DNA of 40,176 nt, from sequence record PQ850602.1; one strand, written 5' to 3'. The notes beneath the pieces were generated by a model, which saw nothing but the letters and a program-made list of their open reading frames with translations, searched no databases and had not been told where the DNA came from. This stretch comes from Escherichia phage EmilieLinder_Bas103. Made by a program: the position numbers and the translations under genes. This document shows, piece by piece, positions 26,134 through 36,700 of the stretch; the first letter of the stretch is position 1, and every line of letters begins with the position of its first letter.

Positions 26134-27165
26134 ATGACTACTATGACTGGTGGACAGCAACTGGGTACTAACCAAGGTAAAGGTGCAAGTGCTTCTGATA
26201 AACTGGCGTTGTTCTTGAAGGTATTTGGTGGTGAAGTTCTGACTGCATTCGCTCGTACCTCTGTGACCACTTCTCGCCACATGGTCCGTTCCATCTCCAG
26301 CGGTAAATCCGCTCAGTTCCCTGTACTGGGTCGCACTCAGGCAGCTTACTTGTCTCCGGGTGAGAACCTCGATGATAAACGTAAAGACATCAAACACACC
26401 GAGAAGACCATCACCATTGATGGCCTCCTGACGGCTGACGTTCTGATTTACGATATTGAGGACGCGATGAACCACTATGACGTTCGCTCTGAGTATACCT
26501 CTCAGTTGGGTGAATCTCTGGCTATGGCTGCTGATGGTGCGGTTCTGGCTGAGATTGCTGGCCTGTGTAACTTGGCGGGCGCCTCTAATGAGAACATTGA
26601 TGGCTTGGGTACTGCTACCGTAATTGAGACCACTCAGGACAAGGCGGCACTTGCCGACCAAGTTGCTCTGGGTAAGGAGATTATTGCGGCTCTGACTAAG
26701 GCTCGTGCGGCTCTGACTAAGAACTATGTTCCGGCTGCTGACCGTGTGTTCTACTGCGACCCAGATAGCTACTCTGCGATTCTGGCAGCACTGATGCCTA
26801 ATGCTGCAAACTACGCTGCTCTGATTGACCCTGAGAAGGGTTCTATCCGCAACGTTATGGGCTTTGAGGTTGTAGAAGTTCCGCACCTCACCGCTGGTGG
26901 GGCTGGCACTACTCGTGATGATACTACTGGTCAGAAGCATGCCTTCCCTGCCACTAAGAGTGGTAACGACAAGGTTGCTAAGGACAACGTTATCGGCCTG
27001 TTCATGCACCGCTCTGCGGTAGGTACTGTTAAACTGCGTGACTTGGCTCTGGAGCGCGCCCGCCGTGCTAACTTCCAAGCAGACCAGATTATCGCTAAGT
27101 ATGCAATGGGCCACGGTGGTCTGCGCCCAGAAGCTGCTGGTGCAGTGGTTTTCAAGGGGAAGTAA
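26134..27165 (+). CDS. 10: Major capsid protein 10A
   Basis: 343-aa ORF MTTMTGGQQLGTNQGKG... near-identical to T7 gp10A. Confidence 0.97.
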   Translation: MTTMTGGQQLGTNQGKGASASDKLALFLKVFGGEVLTAFARTSVTTSRHMVRSISSGKSAQFPVLGRTQAAYLSPGENLDDKRKDIKHTEKTITIDGLLTADVLIYDIEDAMNHYDVRSEYTSQLGESLAMAADGAVLAEIAGLCNLAGASNENIDGLGTATVIETTQDKAALADQVALGKEIIAALTKARAALTKNYVPAADRVFYCDPDSYSAILAALMPNAANYAALIDPEKGSIRNVMGFEVVEVPHLTAGGAGTTRDDTTGQKHAFPATKSGNDKVAKDNVIGLFMHRSAVGTVKLRDLALERARRANFQADQIIAKYAMGHGGLRPEAAGAVVFKGK

Positions 27166-27323
27166 TGCTGGGAGTGGCCTCAACGGTCGCTGCTAGTCCC
27201 GAAGAGGAGAGTGTTACTTCAACAGAAGAAACCTTAACGCCAGCACAGAAGGCCGCACGCACCCGCGCTGCTAACAAGGCCCGAAAGGAAGCTGAGTTGG
27301 CTGCTGCCACCGCTGAGCAATAA
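26134..27323 (+). CDS. 10: Minor capsid protein 10B, made by -1 ribosomal frameshift near end of 10A
   Basis: Slippery G GTT TTC at about 27147-27153; -1 frame stays open for 57 codons to TAA 27321-27323 and encodes ...VASTVAASPEEESVTSTEETLTPAQKAARTRAANKARKEAELAAATAEQ as in T7 10B. Confidence 0.7.
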
Positions 27324-27324
27324 C

Positions 27325-27372
27325 TAGCATAACCCCTTGGGGCCTCTAAACGGGTCTTGAGGGGTTTTTTGC
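27325..27372 (+). terminator. Tphi, T7 RNAP late terminator
   Basis: CTAGCATAACCCCTTGGGGCCTCTAAACGGGTCTTGAGGGGTTTTTTG, the canonical Tphi hairpin plus U-run. Confidence 0.95.
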
Positions 27373-27388
27373 TGAAAGGAGGAACTAT

Positions 27389-27979
27389 ATGCGCTCTTAC
27401 GATATGAACGTTGAGACTGCCGCTGAGTTATCCGCTGTGAACGACATTCTGGCATCTATCGGGGAACCTCCGGTATCGACGCTGGAAGGTGATGCTAACG
27501 CAGACGTGGCGAACGCTCGACGTATTCTCAATAAGATTAACCGACAGATTCAGTCTCGTGGTTGGACGTTCAACATTGAGGAAGGTGTAACGCTCTTACC
27601 TGATGTTTACTCCAACCTGATTGTATACAGTGATGACTATTTATCCTTAATGGCTACTTCCGGTCAGTCCATCTACGTGAACCGAGGAGGCTATGTGTAT
27701 GACCGAACGAGTCAAACAGACCGCTTTGACTCTGGCATTACAGTGAACATTATCCGTCTTCGAGACTACGATGAGATGCCTGAGTGCTTCCGCTACTGGA
27801 TAGTAACAAAGGCTTCCCGTCAGTTCAACAACCGATTCTTTGGGGCACCAGAAGTAGAGGGTGTACTCCAAGAAGAGGAAGATGAGGCTAGACGCCTCTG
27901 TATGGAGTACGAAGTGGACTACGGTGGGTACAATATGCTGGATGGCGATGCGTTCACTTCTGGTCTACTGACTCGCTAA
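27389..27979 (+). CDS. 11: Tail tubular protein A (gp11)
   Basis: 196-aa ORF near-identical to T7 gp11. Confidence 0.96.
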   Translation: MRSYDMNVETAAELSAVNDILASIGEPPVSTLEGDANADVANARRILNKINRQIQSRGWTFNIEEGVTLLPDVYSNLIVYSDDYLSLMATSGQSIYVNRGGYVYDRTSQTDRFDSGITVNIIRLRDYDEMPECFRYWIVTKASRQFNNRFFGAPEVEGVLQEEEDEARRLCMEYEVDYGGYNMLDGDAFTSGLLTR

Positions 27980-27999
27980 TAATCAATAAGGAGGCTCTA

Positions 28000-30387
28000 A
28001 TGGCACTCATTAGCCAATCAATCAAGAACTTGAAGGGTGGTATCAGCCAACAGCCTGACATCCTTCGTTATCCAGACCAAGGGTCACGCCAAGTTAACGG
28101 TTGGTCTTCGGAGACCGAGGGCCTCCAAAAGCGTCCACCTCTGGTTTTCCTTAAGACACTGGGAGGAAGCGGTGACTTAGGGCAAGCACCTTTAATCCAC
28201 TTGATTAACCGTGATGAGAACGAACAGTATTACGCTGTGTTCACTGGTACAGGAATCCGTGTGTTTGACCTTGCCGGAAACGAAAAGCAGGTACGCTATA
28301 CCACTGATGGTTCTACGTACATACAAACGCAGAACCCTAGGAATGACCTAAGGATGGTAACGGTGGCTGACTATACGTTCATCGTAAACAGAAACATCCG
28401 TGTCACGCGAAATACCAACGCAGTGAACCTAGCAGGATTTAACCCTAAGAAGGACGCATTAATCAACGTTCGTGGTGGTCAGTATGGTCGTACCTTACAG
28501 ATTATGATTAACGGTGGTTTACAAGCCTCCTATCAGATTCCTGATGGTTCACAGCCAGCACACGTTAATAACACGGACGCTCAGTGGTTAGCAGAAGAGT
28601 TGGCTCGCCAGTGTAGAGCAAATGCTCCGGGATGGGCCTTCAATGTTGGGCAGGGTTTTATCCACATCATAGCACCTGCGGGTCAACAGATTGATTCCCT
28701 GATGACGAAGGATGGCTATGCTGACCAATTGATTAACCCTGTTACTCACTACGCTCAGTCATTCTCTAAGTTGCCACCTAACGCTCCTGACGGGTACATG
28801 GTGAAAATCGTAGGGGATTCTTCCAAGTCTGCTGACCAGTACTACGTTCGCTATGACGCTACTCGTAAAGTCTGGGTTGAAACATTAGGCTGGAATGTTA
28901 ACAATCAGCTTCTGTATGAAACGATGCCTCACGCATTGGTTCGCGCTTCTGACGGTAACTTTGAGTTCAGGTGGATTGAGTGGAGTCCTAAAACCTGTGG
29001 TGATGATGACACAAACCCGTGGCCTTCCTTCATGGACTCCACAATCAACGATGTGTTCTTCTTCCGTAACCGTTTAGGTTTCCTTAGTGGAGAGAATATC
29101 ATCTTGAGTAGAACCGCTAAGTACTTCAACTTCTACCCAGCGTCAATCGCAAACTTAAGTGACGATGACCCTATCGACGTAGCTGTGAGTACCAACCGAA
29201 TCGCAATCCTTAAGTACGCCGTTCCGTTCTCTGAGGAGTTACTCATCTGGTCCGATGAAGCACAATTTGTCCTGACTGCTTCCGGTACTCTCACGTCGAA
29301 GTCAGTTGAGTTGAACCTAACGACTCAGTTTGACGTACAGGACCGAGCGAGACCTTATGGGATTGGTCGCAATGTCTACTTTTCTAGTCCGAGGTCCAGC
29401 TTCACGTCCATCTACAGATATTACGCTGTGCAGGACGTAAGTTCCGTTAAGAACGCTGAGGACATTACAGCACACGTTCCTAACTATATCCCCAATGGTG
29501 TGTTCAGTATATGCGGTAGTGGTACGGAAAACTTCTGTTCTGTACTATCTCATGGGGACCCAAGTAAAATCTTCATCTACAAATTCCTGTACCTGAACGA
29601 AGAGTTGAGACAACAGTCGTGGTCTCATTGGGACTTTGGGGAAAACGTACAGGTTCTGGCTTGTCAGAGTATCAACTCAACTATGTATGTGATTCTTCGC
29701 AATGAGTTCAATACGTTCCTAGCTAAAATAGCTTTTACTAAGAATGCCATTGACTTACAAGGTGAACCATATCGTGCCTTTATGGATATGAAGGTTCGCT
29801 ACACGATTCCTAGAGGAACATACAACGATGACTCATTCACTACCTCTATTCATCTTCCAAACATTTATGGCGCTAACTTCGGGAGAGGCAAAATCACTGT
29901 ACTCGAACCTGATGGTAAGATAACAGTGTTTGAGCAGCCTGCTGCGGGGTGGAATAGTGACCCTTGGCTGAGACTCAACGGTAACTTAGAGGGACGAACG
30001 GTGTACATTGGGTTCAACATTAACTTCGTCTATGAGTTCTCTAAGTTTCTCATCAAGCAGACTGCCGACGATGGGTCAACCTCAACGGAAGACATTGGTC
30101 GCTTGCAGTTACGCCGAGCGTGGGTTAACTATGAGGAGTCTGGTACGTTCGACATTTATGTTGAGAACCAATCGTCAAACTGGAAGTACACAATGGCTGG
30201 TGCCCGCTTAGGCTCTAACGCTCTGAGGGCTGGGCGATTGAACTTAGGGACAGGACAATACCGATTCCCTGTGGTTGGTAACGCCAAGTTCAATACAGTG
30301 TCTATCTTGTCTGACGAGACTACCCCGCTGAACATCATTGGGTGTGGCTGGGAAGGTAATTACTTACGTAGAAGTTCAGGTATTTAA
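28000..30387 (+). CDS. 12: Tail tubular protein B (gp12)
   Basis: 795-aa ORF near-identical to T7 gp12. Confidence 0.96.
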   Translation: MALISQSIKNLKGGISQQPDILRYPDQGSRQVNGWSSETEGLQKRPPLVFLKTLGGSGDLGQAPLIHLINRDENEQYYAVFTGTGIRVFDLAGNEKQVRYTTDGSTYIQTQNPRNDLRMVTVADYTFIVNRNIRVTRNTNAVNLAGFNPKKDALINVRGGQYGRTLQIMINGGLQASYQIPDGSQPAHVNNTDAQWLAEELARQCRANAPGWAFNVGQGFIHIIAPAGQQIDSLMTKDGYADQLINPVTHYAQSFSKLPPNAPDGYMVKIVGDSSKSADQYYVRYDATRKVWVETLGWNVNNQLLYETMPHALVRASDGNFEFRWIEWSPKTCGDDDTNPWPSFMDSTINDVFFFRNRLGFLSGENIILSRTAKYFNFYPASIANLSDDDPIDVAVSTNRIAILKYAVPFSEELLIWSDEAQFVLTASGTLTSKSVELNLTTQFDVQDRARPYGIGRNVYFSSPRSSFTSIYRYYAVQDVSSVKNAEDITAHVPNYIPNGVFSICGSGTENFCSVLSHGDPSKIFIYKFLYLNEELRQQSWSHWDFGENVQVLACQSINSTMYVILRNEFNTFLAKIAFTKNAIDLQGEPYRAFMDMKVRYTIPRGTYNDDSFTTSIHLPNIYGANFGRGKITVLEPDGKITVFEQPAAGWNSDPWLRLNGNLEGRTVYIGFNINFVYEFSKFLIKQTADDGSTSTEDIGRLQLRRAWVNYEESGTFDIYVENQSSNWKYTMAGARLGSNALRAGRLNLGTGQYRFPVVGNAKFNTVSILSDETTPLNIIGCGWEGNYLRRSSGI

Positions 30388-30460
30388 TTAAATGTTCTCC
30401 CTGTGGTGGCTCGAAATTAATACGACTCACTATAGGGAGAACAATACGACTACGGGAGGG
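30385..30460 (+). promoter_or_regulatory. RNase III processing region R13 (approximate)
   Basis: Position and sequence TAATTAAATGTTCTCCCTGTGGTGGCTCG...ACGACTACGGGAGGG correspond to T7 R13; structure not verified. Confidence 0.35.
30418..30440 (+). promoter_or_regulatory. T7 RNAP promoter phi13 (class III)
   Basis: TAATACGACTCACTATAGGGAGA. Confidence 0.9.
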
Positions 30461-30467
30461 TTTTCTT

Positions 30468-30884
30468 ATGATGATTATAAGACCTACTAAAAGTACAGAC
30501 TTTGAGGTATTCACTCCGGCTCACCATGACATTCTTGAAGCTAAGGCTGCTGGTATTGAGCCGAGTTTCCCTGATGCTTCCGAGTGTGTCACGTTGAGCC
30601 TCTACGGGTTCCCTCTAGCTATCGGTGGTAACTGTGGGGGCCAATGCTGGTTCGTTACTAGCGACCAAGTGTGGCGACTTAGTGGAAAAGCTAAGCGAGA
30701 GTTCCGTAAGTTAATCATGGAGTATCGCGATAAGATGCTTGAGAAGTATGATACTCTTTGGAATTACGTATGGGTAGGCAATACGTCCCACATTCGTTTC
30801 CTCAAGACTATCGGTGCGGTATTCCATGAAGAGTACACACAAGATGGTCAATTTCAGTTATTTACAATCACGAAAGGAGGATAA
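30468..30884 (+). CDS. 13: Internal virion protein A (gp13)
   Basis: 138-aa ORF near-identical to T7 gp13. Confidence 0.93.
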   Translation: MMIIRPTKSTDFEVFTPAHHDILEAKAAGIEPSFPDASECVTLSLYGFPLAIGGNCGGQCWFVTSDQVWRLSGKAKREFRKLIMEYRDKMLEKYDTLWNYVWVGNTSHIRFLKTIGAVFHEEYTQDGQFQLFTITKGG

Positions 30885-30886
30885 CC

Positions 30887-31479
30887 ATATGTGTTGGGCA
30901 GCCGCAATTCCTATCGCTATATCTGGCGCTCAGGCTATCAGTGGTCAGCACACTCAGGCCAAAATGATTGCCGCTCAGACCGCTGCTGGTCGTCGTCAAG
31001 CCTTTGAACTTATGAAGCAGACGAACATCCAGAATGCTGACCTATCGTTGCAAGCTAGAAGTAAACTTGAGGAAGCGTCCTCTGAGTTGACCGCTCAGAA
31101 CATGCAGAAGGTCCAAGCTCTGGGGTCTATCCGAGCGGCTATCGGGGAGAGTATGCTTGAGGGTTCCTCAATGGACCGCATTAAGCGAGTCACAGATGGA
31201 CAGTTCATTCGGGAAGCCAATATGGTGACTGAGAACTATCGTCGTGACTATCAAGCAATATTCGCACAGCAACTTGGCGGTACTCAAAGTGCTGCAAGCC
31301 AGATTAGAGAAATCTATAAGGGCGAACAGAAGCAGAAGAGTAAGCTACAGATGGTTCTGGACCCACTGGCTATCATGGGGTCTTCCGCTGCGAGTGCTTA
31401 TGCATCCGGTGCGTTCGACTCTAAGCCCACAACTAAGGCACCTATTGTTGCCGCTAAAGGAACCAAGACGGGGAGGTAA
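30887..31479 (+). CDS. 14: Internal virion (ejection/core) protein B (gp14)
   Basis: 196-aa ORF from MCWAAAIPIAISGAQAISGQ...; RBS aaaggagg; ORF track frame extends upstream to 30814. Confidence 0.93.
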
Positions 31480-31485
31480 TAAGCT

Positions 31486-33729
31486 ATGAGTAAAATTGAA
31501 TCTGCCCTTCAAGCGGCACAACCGGGACTCTCTCGGTTACGTGGTGGCGCTGGTGGTATGGGCTATCGTGCGGCAACAACTCAAGCTGCACAGCCAAAGT
31601 CAAGCCTATTGGACACCATTGGTCGGTTCGCTCAGGCTGGTGCTGATATGTATACCGCTAAGGAACAGAGAGCACGAGACCTAGCTGACGAACGCTCCAA
31701 CGAGATTATTCGTAAGCTGACCCCTGAGCAACGTCGAGAAGCTCTCAACAATGGGACCCTTCTGTATCAGGATGACCCATACGCTATGGAAGCACTGCGA
31801 GTCAAGACTGGTCGTAACGCTGCGTACCTTGTGGACGACGACGTTATGCAGAAGATCAAAGAGGGTGTCTTCCGTACTCGTGAAGAAATGGAAGAGTATC
31901 GTCACAGTCGTCTTCAAGAGGGCGCTAAGGCATACGCTGAGCAGTTTGGTATTGACCCTGATGACGTTGACTATCAGCGTGGTTTCAACGGGGACATCAC
32001 CGAGCGTAACATCTCGCTGTATGGCGCACATGATAACTTCTTGAGCCAGCAAGCTCAGAAGGGTGCCATCATGAACAGCCGAGTGGAACTCAACAGTGTC
32101 CTTCAAGACCCTGATATGCTGCGTCGTCCAGACTCTGCGGACTTCTTTGAGAAGTACATCGACAACGGTCTGGTTACTGGAGCAATCCCGTCGGACGCTC
32201 AGGCTACACAGCTTATAAGCCAAGCGTTCAGTGACGCTTCTAGCCGTGCTGGTGGTGCTGACTTCCTGATGCGAGTCGGTGACAAGAAGGTAACACTTAA
32301 CGGAGCCACTACGACTTACCGAGAGTTGATGGGTGAAGAACAGTGGAATGCTCTCATGGTCACAGCACAACGTTCTCAGTTTGAGAATGACGCTAAGCTG
32401 AACGAGCAGTACCGCTTGAAGATTAACTCTGCGCTGAACCAAGAGGACCCTCGTATTGCATGGGAGATGCTTCAAGGTATCAAGGCTGAACTAGATAAGG
32501 TTCAACCTGATGAGCAGATGACACCACAACGTGAGTGGTTAATCTCGGCACAGGAGCAAGTTCAGAATCAGATGAACGCATGGACGAAAGCTCAAGCAAA
32601 AGCTCTGGATGACTCAATGAAGTCTATGAACAAACTTGACGTAATAGACAAGCAGTTCCAGAAGCGAATCAACGGTGAGTGGGTCTCAACGGACTTTAAG
32701 GACATGCCAACAAACGAGAACACTGGTGAGTTCAAGCATAGTGATATGGTTAACTATGCCAATAAGAAGCTCGCGGAGATTGACCGCATGGATATTCCAG
32801 ATGGCGCTAAGGACGCTATGAAGTTGAAGTACCTTCAAGCGGACTCTAAGGACGGAGCATTCCGTACAGCTATCGGGACTATGGTCACTGATGCTGCTCA
32901 GGAGTGGTCTGCCGCTGTGATTAACGGTAAGTTACCAGAACGAACACCAGCTCTGGACGCTCTCCGTAGAATCCGTAATGCCGACCCTCAGTTGATTGCT
33001 GCGCTATATCCAGACCAAGCTGAGTTGTTCCTGACGATGGACATGATGGACAAGCAGGGTATTGACCCTCAGGTTATTCTTGATGCCGACCGACTGAGTG
33101 TTAAGCGGTCCAAAGAGCAACGCTTTGAGGACGATAAAGCATTCGAGTCTGCACTGAACGCGTCTAAGGCTCCTGAGATTGCCCGTATGCCAGCGTCACT
33201 ACGTGAATCTGCGCGTAAGATTTATGACTCGGTTAAGTATCGCTCAGGTAACGAAAGTATGGCTATGGAGCAGATGACCAAGTTCCTTAAGGAATCTACC
33301 TACACGTTCACTGGTGACGATGTTGATGGTGATACCATTGGTGTAATTCCGAAGAACATGATGCAAGTCAACTCTGACCCGAAATCGTGGGAGCAAGGTC
33401 GTGATATTCTGGAGGAAGCACGTAAGGGAATCATTGCGAGCAACACTTGGATAACTAATAAGCAACTGACCGTATATTCACAAGGTGATTCCATTTACCT
33501 TATGGACACAACTGGTCAAGTCCGAGTACGATACGACAAAGAGTTACTCTCGAAGGTCTGGAGTGAGAACCAGAAGAAACTCGAAGAGAAAGCTCGCGAG
33601 AAGGCTCTGGCTGATGTTAACAAGCGAGCACCTATAGTTGCCGCAACGAAAGCCCGTGAAGCTGCTGCTAAACGAGTCAGAGAGAAACGTAAACAGACTC
33701 CTAAGTTCATCTATGGACGTAAGGAGTAA
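31486..33729 (+). CDS. 15: Internal virion core protein C (gp15)
   Basis: 747-aa ORF near-identical to T7 gp15. Confidence 0.96.
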   Translation: MSKIESALQAAQPGLSRLRGGAGGMGYRAATTQAAQPKSSLLDTIGRFAQAGADMYTAKEQRARDLADERSNEIIRKLTPEQRREALNNGTLLYQDDPYAMEALRVKTGRNAAYLVDDDVMQKIKEGVFRTREEMEEYRHSRLQEGAKAYAEQFGIDPDDVDYQRGFNGDITERNISLYGAHDNFLSQQAQKGAIMNSRVELNSVLQDPDMLRRPDSADFFEKYIDNGLVTGAIPSDAQATQLISQAFSDASSRAGGADFLMRVGDKKVTLNGATTTYRELMGEEQWNALMVTAQRSQFENDAKLNEQYRLKINSALNQEDPRIAWEMLQGIKAELDKVQPDEQMTPQREWLISAQEQVQNQMNAWTKAQAKALDDSMKSMNKLDVIDKQFQKRINGEWVSTDFKDMPTNENTGEFKHSDMVNYANKKLAEIDRMDIPDGAKDAMKLKYLQADSKDGAFRTAIGTMVTDAAQEWSAAVINGKLPERTPALDALRRIRNADPQLIAALYPDQAELFLTMDMMDKQGIDPQVILDADRLSVKRSKEQRFEDDKAFESALNASKAPEIARMPASLRESARKIYDSVKYRSGNESMAMEQMTKFLKESTYTFTGDDVDGDTIGVIPKNMMQVNSDPKSWEQGRDILEEARKGIIASNTWITNKQLTVYSQGDSIYLMDTTGQVRVRYDKELLSKVWSENQKKLEEKAREKALADVNKRAPIVAATKAREAAAKRVREKRKQTPKFIYGRKE

Positions 33730-33755
33730 CTAAAGGCTACATAAGGAGGCCCTAA

Positions 33756-36700
33756 ATGGATAAGTACGATAAGAACGTACCAAGTGAGTATGATGGTCTG
33801 TTCCAGAAGGCGGCTGATGCCACAGGGGTCTCTTATGACCTTTTACGTAAAGTCGCCTGGACGGAATCACGATTTGTACCTACAGCTAAATCTAAGACTG
33901 GACCGCTAGGGATGATGCAATTCACCAAGGCTACCGCTAAGGCTATGGGGTTGCGAGTTACCGATGGTCCAGACGATGACCGACTGAACCCTGAGTTAGC
34001 TATTAATGCTGCCGCTAAGCACCTTGCTGAACTGGTGCGTAAATTTGATGGGGACGAACTCAAAGCTGCCCTTGCGTACAACCAAGGCGAGGGACACTTG
34101 GGTAATCCACAACTTGAGGCGTACTCCAAGGGAGACTTCGCGTCCATCTCTGAGGAAGGACGCAATTACCTGCGTAACCTTCTGGATGTTGCTAAGTCAC
34201 CTATGGCTGGGCAGTTGGAAACTTTTGGAGGTATCACCCCAAAGGGTAAAGGCATTCCGGCTGAGGTAGGATTGGCTGGAATCGGTCACAGTCAGAAAGT
34301 AACGCAGGAACTTCCTGAGTCCACAAGTTTTGACGTTAAGGGTATCGAACAGGAGGCTCCGGCGAAACCATTCGCCAAGGACTTTTGGGAGACCCACGGA
34401 GAAACACTTGACGAGTACAATAATCGTTCAACCTTCTTCGGATTCAAAAATGCTGCCGAAGCTGAACTCTCAAACTCAGTAGCTGGGATGGCTTTCCGTG
34501 CTGGTCGTCTCGACAATGGTTTTGACGTGTTTAAAGACACCATTACGCCGACTCGCTGGAACTCTCACATCTGGACTCCAGAAGAGTTAGAGAAGATTAG
34601 AAAAGAGGTTAAGAACCCTGCGTACATCAACGTGGTAACTGGTGGTTCCCCTGAGAATCTTGACGACCTCATAAAGCTGGCTAACGAGAACTTTGAGGCT
34701 GACTCCCGCGCTGCCGAAGCTGGCCTAGGTGCCAAACTGAGTGCTGGCGTTATTGGCGCTGGTGTGGACCCACTTAGCTATGTTCCTATGGTCGGTGTAA
34801 CTGGTAAGGGCTTTAAGTTAATCAATAAGGCTCTTGTAGTTGGTGCAGAAAGTGCTGCGCTGAACGTTGCATCCGAAGGTCTCCGTACCTCCGTAGCTGG
34901 TGGTGACGCTGACTACTCAGGGGCTGTTTTAGGTGGCTTTGTGTTTGGTGCTGGTATGTCTGCAATCAGTGACGCTGTAGCTGCTGGCCTGAAACGTAGT
35001 AAACCAGAAGCTGAGTTCGACAATGAGTTCATCGGTCCTATGATGCGATTGGAAGCCCGTGAGACCGCACGCAATGCCAACTCTACGGACCTCTCTCGGA
35101 TGAACACTGAGAACATGAAGTTTGAAGGTGAACATAATGGTGTCCCTTATGCGGAATTACCAACAGAGAGAGGTGCCGTGGTGTTACATGATGGCTCCGT
35201 ACTAAGTGCAAGCAACCCAATCAACCCTAAGACTCTCAAAGAGTTCTCAGAGGTTGACCCTGAGAAGGCCGCACGAGGAATCAAACTTGCTGGGTTCACC
35301 GAGATTGGTTTGAAGACCTTGGGGTCTGACGATGCTGACATCCGTAGAGTGGCTATCGACCTCGTTCGCTCTCCTACTGGTATGCAGTCTGGTGCCTCAG
35401 GTAAGTTCGGTGCAACAGCTTCTGACATCCACGAGAGACTTCATTGTACTGACCAGCGTACTTATAATGACTTGTACAAAGCAATGTCTGACGCTATGAA
35501 AGACCCTGAGTTCTCTACTGGCGGTGCTAAGATGTCCCGTGAAGAAGTTCGCTACACTATCTATCGTAGAGCGGCACTGGCTATTGAGCGTCCAGAGTTA
35601 CAGAAGGCACTTACTCCGTCTGAGAGAATCGTTATGGACATCATTAAGCGTCACTTTGACACCAAGCGTGAACTTATGGAAAACCCAGCAATCTTCGGTA
35701 ACACAAAGGCTGTGAGTATCTTCCCTGAGAGTCGTCACAAAGGGACTTACGTTCCTCACGTATACGACCGTCACGCCAAGGCGCTGATGATTCAACGCTA
35801 CGGTGCCGAAGGTTTACAGGAAGGTATTGCTCGTTCGTGGATGAACAGCTACGTCTCCAGACCTGAGGTCAAGGCCAGAGTCGATGAGATGCTTAAGGAA
35901 GTACACGGGGTGAATGAAGTAACGCCAGAGATGGTAGAGAAGTACGCTATGGATAAGGCTTACGGTATCTCCCATTCAGACCAGTTCACCAATAGTTCCA
36001 TAATCGAAGAGAACATTGAGGGCTTAGTAGGTATCGAGAACAACTCATTCCTTGAGGCGCGTAACTTGTTTGATTCGGACCTATCCATCACTATGCCAGA
36101 CGGACAGCAATTCTCAGTGAACGACCTAAGGGACTTCGATATGTTCCGCATCATGCCAGCGTATGACCGCCGTATCAACGGTGACATCGCCATCATGGGG
36201 TCTACTGGTAAAACCACTAAGGAACTTAAGGATGAGATTCTAGCTCTCAAAGCGAAAGCTGAGGGAGACGGTAAGAAGACTGGCGAGGTTCATGCCCTAA
36301 TGGATACCGTTAAGATTCTTACTGGTCGCGCTAGACGCAATCAGGACACTGTGTGGGAAACAGCACTGCGTTCCATCAATGACCTAGGGTTCTTCGCTAA
36401 GAACGCCTATATGGGTGCTCAGAACATTACGGAGATTTCTGGGATGATTGTCACTGGTAACGTGCGCGCTCTTGGTCACGGTATCCCAATTCTGCGCGAT
36501 ATACTCTACAAGTCTAAACCAGTCTCCGCTAAGGAACTCAAGGAACTCCATGCGTCTCTGTTCGGGAAGGAGGTGGACCAGTTGATTCGGCCTAAACGTG
36601 CTGACATTGTGCAGCGCCTAAGGGAAGCAACTGATACCGGACCTGCTGTGGCGAACATCGTAGGGACCTTGAAGTATTCCACACAGGAACTGGCTGCTCG

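Noticed and set aside
26092-27183. 363-aa ORF on the minus strand
   Set aside because: Lies entirely antisense to the highly conserved major capsid gene 10; no RBS or promoter context. T7-group genomes are transcribed only left-to-right, so this is a chance open frame in high-GC coding DNA.
31681-32475. 264-aa minus-strand ORF
   Set aside because: Antisense to core protein gene 15; same reasoning as other minus-strand ORFs (18384-19028, 13076-13606 and similar).
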